Shown: piece after piece, positions 56,613-64,000 of the stretch
Layout of the letters: the number at the start of each line of letters is the position of its first letter
How positions within the stretch are numbered: the stretch's first letter is position 1
Origin: a candidate division Zixibacteria bacterium SM23_73_2
GTDB taxonomy: Bacteria > Zixibacteria > MSB-5A5 > SM23-73-2
Direction: 5' to 3'
Length of the DNA stretch: 64,000 bases
Assembly: GCA_001304315.1 (NCBI GenBank)
Contig: LJUW01000006.1
Location: forward strand, 2,135-66,134
Notes under the pieces: generated by a model
The model's input: the letters and a program-made list of their open reading frames with translations, nothing else
Told to the model about the DNA's origin: nothing
Database searches by the model: none
Position numbers and translations under genes: made by a program

Positions 56613-59426
56613 ATGAGTAAATCGAGAGTGATTATTGCACTGCTTTTCGGGACATTGGTTATCTTCTCTTTCAAGCCTGTTTTATCGGCTGAGTATGAAG
56701 TAAGTTATATGGCTGAGTTCTACCTGGATGAGTTTGTGTTTGACAAAAACATGGGATATGATGTGGTGTTTTTAAAAAATGGAGATTGCGTGAACGAAGT
56801 TGGAGAGCCGATGCTGCCATCAAAGGGATTGAGAATAGCTTTGCCCGCTGGAATGGAAGTGAAATCGGTGAGGGTGACAGACACAGAGGTGATGGAGCTC
56901 TCAGGCGAGTTCGACATCTTTCCTTCTCAGCCACCAAGAAAAATCGGACCAAATGACAAGAATATTGATTTCGTCGAGCCGAACAAAAGGGCATATGCTT
57001 CCAATCAACCTTATCCGGAAAAAATAGTTGAATTGGTTCATCAGAGCGATTTGGCAGGGCAGGGTATCGCTCATATCGTGATTCATCCTATGCAATATGT
57101 GCCGGCTGAAAAGAAACTTAAATTTTACACCTCCATAGCTCTGGTTCTGGAAGGTGTGGGTGGTTATGAGTGTAAAGATTATCTTTCTCCGGGAATATCG
57201 GATAAAGGAAGAGAAACCTACCTCAGAATGATCAAGGGTATGGTTCAAAATCCTGAGGAGGTAAAGTTAGAGTCAGCCTTTAAAATAAGAAGCTCGACAA
57301 CCCAGCTTCCGGAGGGACCGTTTGATCATGTGGTTATCACCTCATCGACTTACGCCTCCTATTTTGAGCCGCTGGTATATTGGCATACCAAAAAGGGAAT
57401 AAAGGATACGGTTATAGATAAGGACTGGATATATGCCAACTACAGTGGAGCAAGCAATCAGGAGAAGATTCGCAACTTTGTGATCGATGCCAATTCAAGC
57501 TGGGGAACGACATATTTTCTTTTAGGAGGGGAGAATGAGACTATCCCTTTCGAGTACAGAAACTATGATGAGGGGAATACCCCCAGCGATCAATACTATT
57601 CGGACTTCGATGATGACTGGACTCACGAGGTCTTCGTTGGCAGAGCCAGCGTGGGTAGTACATCCGAGGTTAATACCTTTGTTAACAAAGTCTTAAAATA
57701 TGAGAAGGACCCTCTCAGAACGGATTACCCCTTAGATGTTTTGCTGGTGGGTATGGATCTGGATGCCTCTACCCATTGTGAAGAGCTTAAAAACACCATA
57801 GACAGTTACATTCCCTCCCAGTTCAACGTGACCACGGTTTACGATAGTGATGGTGGGAGTCACCGAACCGCCGTTATCAGTGCTCTGAATTCTGGTCAGA
57901 ATCTGGTAAATCATGCTGACCATTCCTATATTAACTATATGGGAACCGGTGATTATAACCACGGCCTGGGTATTTACAACCAGGATGTGGACAATCTGAA
58001 CAATAACGATCAAACCTCGGTTGTGGTTTCCACCGGCTGCGATCCCAATTACATGGACAACAACGATTGCATTGCCGAGCATTTCGTGATCTATAATCCC
58101 AATCAGGCGGGAGTGGCTTTCACCGGTAATACCCGAAGTGGATTGTACTATGGTGGTGACCCTTACAGCTTATCCAATATGCTGGACCGGGAATGGTGGA
58201 GAGGGCTTTTTACCCGAGACGCATACAAATTGGGAGATGTTCTGGTGGACAGCAAACATAACTTTCCCACCGGTACTAATAATGTCAGGAGGCATTGCGA
58301 ATGGACCTTTAACCTTCTGGGCGAGCCGGAGATGCCGATCTGGACAGATTCCCCCGACAGTCTGGCAGTGAGTTTCCCAGATAAAATTCCCATAGGGAGC
58401 TCACAATTTATCATTTACGTTGAGGATTCAACCACCCACTCTCCCGTATCTCAGGCGTACATCTGTTTGTGGAAAGAAAATGAGGTATATCTTACCGGAT
58501 TTACAAATTTCAACGGATATATGACCTTCTTCCCCTCTCCAGCCACCCATGGGACCATGTATGTGACCGTGACCAAACAGAATTACCTCCCCTATGAGAG
58601 TGAGGCAACCGTTGCCAGTCCACTGGTCTTTACCCAGCCGGCTACTGAGGTGGAGGAGACCAGCGCGACCATTCATGGTTTTCTGGAAGACGATTTTGGA
58701 TTGGAAACCACCTGCTGGCTTGCCTGGGATACGGATTCGGGTGAGCCTTATGCTGACATCGAATCTTTGGGAGTTAAAGGAAGCGGACAGGAATTCGAAA
58801 TTGAACTTACCAGCCTGACCCAGGGAGAGCTTTACTACTTCGTGGCCAAGGCGCAAAACGATGCAGGATGGAGCAGTGGGGAGGAACTTAAATTATTGAC
58901 CAAACCTCTTCCGCCAGCGGAACTGACCGCGGAGGCGACCAGCTGCAGTACCGTATATCTCAGCTGGACCAAACCTCCTCTGGTTGAGAAGACGATGATA
59001 GAAAGAAACCATACCCCGGCCTGGACCAGAGGAGAGGGAACCGAGATCTACAATGACACCAGTTCCCATTTCCAGGACTCGGGACTGGAGCCGGAGAGCC
59101 TTTTCTATTATCAGGCATGGTCGCTCTGCGAAAAAGAGGAGCTTTTCCAATACAGCGACGACTATGATCAGGCTGATGCGGTTACCCTTTTTATGTGCGG
59201 GGATGTCAATGGGGATAAGAGGATTGATCTATCGGACGTGATTCATCTGGCGAATTATTATCTGAAAGGTGGAGATCCGCCCCAGGAGCCAATCTGTCGC
59301 GGAAACGGTAACGGAGATGAAGCTATAAATCTTTCGGATGTGATTTTCATAGCCAACTATTATCTGTCAGGCGGTGATCCTCCCCATGATTGCGAGAACT
59401 ATGTACCGGCAGTTAGTAAGCAGTAG
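56613..59426 (+). CDS. C25 family (gingipain-like) cysteine peptidase with propeptide, Ig/FN3 domains and C-terminal dockerin
   Basis: Propeptide VGEPMLP; KIRNFV, FLLGGE, SDQYYSD, VFVGR; catalytic-region NHADHS and TGCDPN; NLLGEPEMPIWT; dockerin CGDVNGDKRIDLSD / NGNGDEAINLSD. Confidence 0.88.
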   Translation: MSKSRVIIALLFGTLVIFSFKPVLSAEYEVSYMAEFYLDEFVFDKNMGYDVVFLKNGDCVNEVGEPMLPSKGLRIALPAGMEVKSVRVTDTEVMELSGEFDIFPSQPPRKIGPNDKNIDFVEPNKRAYASNQPYPEKIVELVHQSDLAGQGIAHIVIHPMQYVPAEKKLKFYTSIALVLEGVGGYECKDYLSPGISDKGRETYLRMIKGMVQNPEEVKLESAFKIRSSTTQLPEGPFDHVVITSSTYASYFEPLVYWHTKKGIKDTVIDKDWIYANYSGASNQEKIRNFVIDANSSWGTTYFLLGGENETIPFEYRNYDEGNTPSDQYYSDFDDDWTHEVFVGRASVGSTSEVNTFVNKVLKYEKDPLRTDYPLDVLLVGMDLDASTHCEELKNTIDSYIPSQFNVTTVYDSDGGSHRTAVISALNSGQNLVNHADHSYINYMGTGDYNHGLGIYNQDVDNLNNNDQTSVVVSTGCDPNYMDNNDCIAEHFVIYNPNQAGVAFTGNTRSGLYYGGDPYSLSNMLDREWWRGLFTRDAYKLGDVLVDSKHNFPTGTNNVRRHCEWTFNLLGEPEMPIWTDSPDSLAVSFPDKIPIGSSQFIIYVEDSTTHSPVSQAYICLWKENEVYLTGFTNFNGYMTFFPSPATHGTMYVTVTKQNYLPYESEATVASPLVFTQPATEVEETSATIHGFLEDDFGLETTCWLAWDTDSGEPYADIESLGVKGSGQEFEIELTSLTQGELYYFVAKAQNDAGWSSGEELKLLTKPLPPAELTAEATSCSTVYLSWTKPPLVEKTMIERNHTPAWTRGEGTEIYNDTSSHFQDSGLEPESLFYYQAWSLCEKEELFQYSDDYDQADAVTLFMCGDVNGDKRIDLSDVIHLANYYLKGGDPPQEPICRGNGNGDEAINLSDVIFIANYYLSGGDPPHDCENYVPAVSKQ

Positions 59427-59545
59427 GCAGTAAGCAGTAAACAGTAAACAAATAAGAAGATATTTGAAAGAAGCGTCTGGAATTTTCTCCCCGACGTTTT
59501 TTTCTATTTCAAAGCAACAGGGTTAACTAAATGATATTCAATGGT

Positions 59546-60601
59546 TCAGATTTGGCTTTCTTGTAGGAATTGAGCTATGTTGATGACTTTCACTTCCTTT
59601 TCCTGCTTGAGATGATAAAAGTACAGAGATACGCCTTGCATTCCAACGGCAACGGGATTGTCGATGTACATAAGGATATGTTTTTTTATGTCAATGATGC
59701 GATATATCTGACCAGCAACGGGAAGAACTTTCAGCACTTTTTTTGAATGGGGATCAAGTACGGCTATTGCATAGCTACCCTCGGTTGTCTGGCATGGCAG
59801 GTAAGCACGATCTCCCCGAAAGGTTATCTTGCTGAGTATCCTTCCTATCCCTGGTAGACTGGATGAGGTAATGGTTCTATGGATTATTTTCTTCGAAAGA
59901 TCCATTACTTCGATCCTTGGAACAGAAGGCCTGTTTGGCTTGGTTACCTGGCAAAGGTAAAGGGAATCAGCGTATACGGAGACCCTCCAGTAATAATTTG
60001 TTATTGGCACCCCATATAAAAATTTTATTTTGTCAGTACTGATATCTATTTGATATAGAAAAAGGCTATCCGGCCTGTCCACGCCCGTGGTGGCCAGATA
60101 TACGAATCCATCCCCATAGGTTAAATCAGTTCTTAACCCGTAGATGTTTTTGATTTGGCCCAATAATTCTTTTTTGTAAGTATCGACAATCGAGATTGAG
60201 AATTCCTCCTCGATCATGGGATGGGTAACATAGGCTTTACCATTTGGGGCAATTATGTGGTTATAGGGGCGGAGGGGAAGTTCAACTGTATCTTTGACCT
60301 CTCCACTTTGTGGATCGAATGCTGCCAGACCTTTCTCTCCCACCCGTGCCCAGATGTGACCTTGAGGTGATCGGGCTATTGAAGGTGCCTCGGGATGAAA
60401 AGTATACAAAAGATTTATTCTTCTCTTCTTAGGATCGATCTTGAAGAGCCGTCCGTAGGCAGTGAAAAAATAAGATTCAGCTTCTAAATTTGTCTTCTCC
60501 GAACAGCTGGTTAATAAACAGCTAAAAGCGAAAAGGAGAATTAACTTGATAGCTATTAGATTACGGATTTTTGTTTGTGATTTTCTTTTTTTCGCTGACA
60601 T
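59546..60601 (-). CDS. YncE-like beta-propeller lipoprotein
   Basis: Lipobox LTSC; IAPNGKAYVT and ISIVDT motifs; repeated short beta-strand units. Confidence 0.65.
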   Translation of the reverse strand: MSAKKRKSQTKIRNLIAIKLILLFAFSCLLTSCSEKTNLEAESYFFTAYGRLFKIDPKKRRINLLYTFHPEAPSIARSPQGHIWARVGEKGLAAFDPQSGEVKDTVELPLRPYNHIIAPNGKAYVTHPMIEEEFSISIVDTYKKELLGQIKNIYGLRTDLTYGDGFVYLATTGVDRPDSLFLYQIDISTDKIKFLYGVPITNYYWRVSVYADSLYLCQVTKPNRPSVPRIEVMDLSKKIIHRTITSSSLPGIGRILSKITFRGDRAYLPCQTTEGSYAIAVLDPHSKKVLKVLPVAGQIYRIIDIKKHILMYIDNPVAVGMQGVSLYFYHLKQEKEVKVINIAQFLQESQI

Positions 60602-60866
60602 ATTGGTTGTTTGTACTCTTTATCAAATTACCAAATTACCAATGAAGTTTCATTTTCTATATTTAATTAATTATTCAGATATGTCAAGTCCTTAATGTTT
60701 CGACAAGAAGTCTGATGTGTTTCGAGATTTTTCAGAAACGTTTTTATTTATGTTTTTTTGAATAATGAGGTTTATTTTTAACAGAATTGATTATAAGGAA
60801 TATAATTACTTTATTTGTAGAATGGTGGATTTCATCTAAATTGTATCCAGGATAAAATAATTTTTC

Positions 60867-61056
60867 AATATGCCATTTTGTCTTTGAATATGTCATTATA
60901 ACTTGATAAAATGTCATATAGATATTTAATATGCCATATTGGCAGTATTGATAAATTTTTAAGAATGTCAAATTTTTTAATCACCTTTTTAATTTATTGA
61001 TATAAAAGAGCTTAAAGAGATAAATTCAAAATTAAGGTTTTGGCACATAGTTTGCA
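60867..61056 (+). promoter_or_regulatory. Sigma-54 promoter with IHF site and upstream repeat array
   Basis: TGGCAC-ATAGT-TTGCA at 61041-61056 (GG and GC 12 bp apart); TATCAA-TAAA-TTA on the minus strand at 60990-61002; AAWATGYCAT x4 at 20/21/20 bp spacing. Confidence 0.75.
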
Positions 61057-61091
61057 ATATAATAGGTAAAAATTTAAAAGAGGAGAGTAAA

Positions 61092-61460
61092 ATGAAGTTA
61101 ATAAGATTTTTACCAATGTTTGATTTTGGGAATTCAGAGGATGGGAATGGATACAGTCCTGATATGGATATCTTAGAGACTGATAAGGAGTTTGTGATCG
61201 AGGCTGAGATTCCCGGGGCTTCAAAAGAGGATTTTAAACTGAATGTGGAGGATGATGTTTTGACTCTAGAAGGTGAAAAGAAAAAGGAGAAACAAAGATT
61301 CATATTTAAAGAAAGCAAAGAAGGAAGGTTCAAAAAAAGATTTTCTCTTCCCACTGACGTTGATCAGGATAAGATTAGAGCCCAATTTGAAAATGGGGTT
61401 TTGAGAATCACCATTCCCAAAGCTAAAGTTTTAATACCAAAAGAGATAAACGTTAATTAA
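61092..61460 (+). CDS. Small heat-shock protein (Hsp20), short divergent copy
   Basis: DILETDKEFVIEAEIPG, FSLPTDVDQDKIRAQFENGVLRITIPK and terminal IxV motif. Confidence 0.9.
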   Translation: MKLIRFLPMFDFGNSEDGNGYSPDMDILETDKEFVIEAEIPGASKEDFKLNVEDDVLTLEGEKKKEKQRFIFKESKEGRFKKRFSLPTDVDQDKIRAQFENGVLRITIPKAKVLIPKEINVN

Positions 61461-61484
61461 ACAAAAAAGAAAGGAGGGATCGTT

Positions 61485-61931
61485 ATGGCGATCAGAAGAT
61501 GGAGACCTTTCAGGGACATCATGTCCGTTCAGGACGAGATGAACAGGCTGTTTGACGAGTTCTTCGGCAGGACTCCGGCAAGAGGAGAGGAATATGAGAG
61601 GATGTGGAGTCCCCATGTGGACGTTTCCGAGACCGAAGATAACATCGTAGTTACTGCTGAGGTTCCGGGAATGACCAAGGATGATATCAAGCTTACGGTC
61701 AGGGATAACATACTCACCGTGAGCGGGGAGAAAAAGCACGAGAAAGAGGAGAAGGATGCTAACTATCACCGGATCGAACGCTCCTATGGTTCGTTCTGCC
61801 GTTCCTTTGAGCTTCCCGCCACGGTTCAGTTCGACAAGGTTAAAGCCAGCTATAAAGATGGTATATTAAAGATCAGTCTGCCGAAATCAGAGGAGGTAAA
61901 GCCCAAGGAGATCCCGATCAATATCAGCTGA
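61485..61931 (+). CDS. Small heat-shock protein (Hsp20)
   Basis: WRPFRD, WSPHVDVSETED, YHRIERSYGSFCRSFELP and YKDGILKISLPK motifs. Confidence 0.93.
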   Translation: MAIRRWRPFRDIMSVQDEMNRLFDEFFGRTPARGEEYERMWSPHVDVSETEDNIVVTAEVPGMTKDDIKLTVRDNILTVSGEKKHEKEEKDANYHRIERSYGSFCRSFELPATVQFDKVKASYKDGILKISLPKSEEVKPKEIPINIS

Positions 61932-62057
61932 TTTCAAGCTGAGACAATGACCAGCCCTCCCGCCAGTGGCGGGAGGGTGCTGATTTGTCAAGGATTAAAA
62001 GGAAGATTATGATTTTATTTTTATATATATCAACTATAAAAGAAGGAGGTGGAAATA

Positions 62058-63962
62058 ATGGGTAAAATAATAGGAATAGATTTGGGAACCACTAACTCCT
62101 GCGTTGCGGTTGTTGAAGGGAAAGATCCGGTGGTGATTCCCAATGCCGAGGGTACCAGAACTACACCATCTGTGGTTGCCTTTACCAAAACAGGGGAAAG
62201 GCTTTTAGGACAGGTGGCTAAACGCCAGGCTATCACCAATCCAGATAATACTATCTTCTCCATAAAGAGATTCATGGGCAGGAAATACGATGAGGTTGGT
62301 GAGGAGATGGAGACGGTTCCATTTAAGGTTGTCAGGGGTTCGGGTGGAGATGCCTGGGTTAAGATAAGAGATAAAGAATACTCTCCGCCTGAGATATCGG
62401 CAATGGTTCTGCAGAAGATGAAAAAGACCGCAGAGGATTATCTTGGCCAGAAGGTTACCCAGGCGGTGATCACGGTTCCAGCCTATTTCAACGATTCCCA
62501 GCGTCAGGCAACCAAGGATGCTGGAAGGATTGCGGGCTTGGAGGTTAAGAGGATCATAAACGAACCCACTGCAGCTTCTTTAGCTTATGGATTGGACAAG
62601 AAGAAGGACGAGAAAATAGCTGTTTTTGATCTGGGTGGTGGAACTTTCGACATATCCATTCTTCAATTGGGTGAGGGAGTTTTCGAGGTTATCTCCACCA
62701 ATGGCGATACTCATCTGGGAGGAGATGATTTCGACAAAAGGGTAATCGACTGGATCGTTTCCGAGTTCAAAAAACAGGAGGGTATCGATCTATCAAAGGA
62801 CCCCATGGCTTTGCAGAGATTAAAAGAAGCTGCGGAGAAAGCAAAATGTGAACTCTCGACCACTTTGGAAACTACTATCAACTTGCCTTTCATAACTGCT
62901 GATTCCTCCGGCCCCAAACATCTGAACCTGACCCTGACCAGGGCTAAATTCGAACAGCTGGTGGATGATTTAATCCAGAGAACTGTTGATCCGGTGAAAA
63001 ATGCCTTATCCGATGCTAAATTAGAACCGGATCAGATCGATGAGGTCATTCTGGTTGGTGGAATGACCAGAATGCCCAGGGTTCAGCAGGTGGTAAAGGA
63101 GCTTTTCGGCAAAGAGCCTCATAAAGGGGTCAATCCAGACGAGGTAGTTGCAGTTGGTGCTGCTATTCAGGGTGCGGTTTTATCAGGTGAGGTTAAGGAT
63201 GTACTGCTTCTGGACGTAACTCCGCTTTCCTTAGGTATTGAAACCCTGGGAGGTGTTTTTACCAAGCTGATAGAAAAAAATACAACCATTCCCACCCGGA
63301 AATCGGAGATATTCACCACTGCAGAGGATAGCCAGACCACAGTAGAGATTCACGTTCTTCAGGGTGAGCGCCCCATGGCAATTGATAACAGAACCATCGG
63401 AAGGTTTCACCTGGATGGAATTCCACCCGCGCCCCGGGGTATGCCCCAGATCGAAGTTGCATTCGACATCGATGCCAACGGAATTTTGAATGTTTCGGCC
63501 AAGGACAAAGCCACCGGAAAACAGCAGTCGATCAGAATTGAGGCTTCTTCCGGATTATCCGAGGCTGAGATTCAAAAGATGGTTAATGATGCTGAATCTC
63601 ATTCTGCTGAGGACAAAAGGCGCAGGGAAGAGGTGGATGTAAAAAACCGAGCTGACCAGATGGTTTATGAGACTGAGAAGAACCTGAAGCAATTCGGGGA
63701 TAAGATGGATACAGATTCTAAAGCCAAGGTTGAGGCTGCTGTTTCGAGGGTGAAGGAAGCTTTGAAAAAATCGGATATACAGGAGATCAAATCTTCTACC
63801 GAAGCCTTAACCCAGGTATGGCATCAGGCAGCAGGAAAGATGTATCAGAAGACCACTGGATCTGGACCAACAGGTTCTGCTCAGCCGGGTCCGGAACCTC
63901 AGAAGGAGGATAAAAAGGATAAAGACCAGCCGGTGGATGCAGATTATGAGGTGGTAGATTAA
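62058..63962 (+). CDS. dnaK: Molecular chaperone DnaK (copy 2)
   Basis: Same canonical motifs as copy 1; ATG 62058 after aaggaggtgg. Confidence 0.97.
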   Translation: MGKIIGIDLGTTNSCVAVVEGKDPVVIPNAEGTRTTPSVVAFTKTGERLLGQVAKRQAITNPDNTIFSIKRFMGRKYDEVGEEMETVPFKVVRGSGGDAWVKIRDKEYSPPEISAMVLQKMKKTAEDYLGQKVTQAVITVPAYFNDSQRQATKDAGRIAGLEVKRIINEPTAASLAYGLDKKKDEKIAVFDLGGGTFDISILQLGEGVFEVISTNGDTHLGGDDFDKRVIDWIVSEFKKQEGIDLSKDPMALQRLKEAAEKAKCELSTTLETTINLPFITADSSGPKHLNLTLTRAKFEQLVDDLIQRTVDPVKNALSDAKLEPDQIDEVILVGGMTRMPRVQQVVKELFGKEPHKGVNPDEVVAVGAAIQGAVLSGEVKDVLLLDVTPLSLGIETLGGVFTKLIEKNTTIPTRKSEIFTTAEDSQTTVEIHVLQGERPMAIDNRTIGRFHLDGIPPAPRGMPQIEVAFDIDANGILNVSAKDKATGKQQSIRIEASSGLSEAEIQKMVNDAESHSAEDKRRREEVDVKNRADQMVYETEKNLKQFGDKMDTDSKAKVEAAVSRVKEALKKSDIQEIKSSTEALTQVWHQAAGKMYQKTTGSGPTGSAQPGPEPQKEDKKDKDQPVDADYEVVD

Positions 63963-63968
63963 AAACAT

Positions 63969-63995
63969 CAGGGCAGGTTCTTATGACCTGCCCTG
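63969..63995 (+). terminator. Hairpin after dnaK2 (probable terminator)
   Basis: cagggcaggt-tcttatg-acctgccctg. Confidence 0.6.
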
Positions 63996-64000
63996 AAAAG

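Noticed and set aside
60744-61354. Minus-strand ORFs of 75, 121 and 70 aa near the hsp20 promoter
   Set aside because: They are AT-rich chance ORFs overlapping the regulatory region or antisense to hsp20.

Overview
Bacterial chromosomal segment, probably from an FCB-superphylum anaerobe and most likely candidate phylum Zixibacteria. This is an inference from the co-occurrence of a T9SS-type C-terminal domain, five Cys-flanked type-I dockerin proteins and the FCB-like rplM-rpsI-rpsB-tsf-pyrH-frr-uppS-cdsA order. Housekeeping blocks: the translation/lipid operon, uvrC-ogt-amrS, hrcA-grpE-X-dnaK, a Zn/Mn ABC transporter, asnA, a csp gene and tRNA-Leu(CAA). These alternate with many secreted or envelope genes. 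Most notable: (1) a set of dockerin-tagged secreted proteins (C25 peptidase, FG-GAP protein, two tandem paralogues, one unknown domain) sharing one recognition code, with no cohesin in view; (2) a PhaR-DNA-binding/phasin fusion with a perfect internal Shine-Dalgarno and in-frame GTG that could also yield a free phasin, next to a UbiB/ABC1 kinase; (3) an Ig-repeat lipoprotein / metallopeptidase-propeller-Omp85 / BamB-like cluster; (4) a complete sigma-54 promoter architecture (four phased repeats, IHF site, -24/-12 box) upstream of hsp20-hsp20-dnaK2; (5) a Tat-signal TldD with signal-less TldE; (6) a reductive-dehalogenase-like protein with a fused membrane anchor. Intergenic DNA carries many GTAG-tagged REP-like hairpins and a ~250 bp composite palindromic repeat present twice. 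No CRISPR array, rRNA, integrase or transposase was seen. All calls come from visual motif recognition; no database searches were run.
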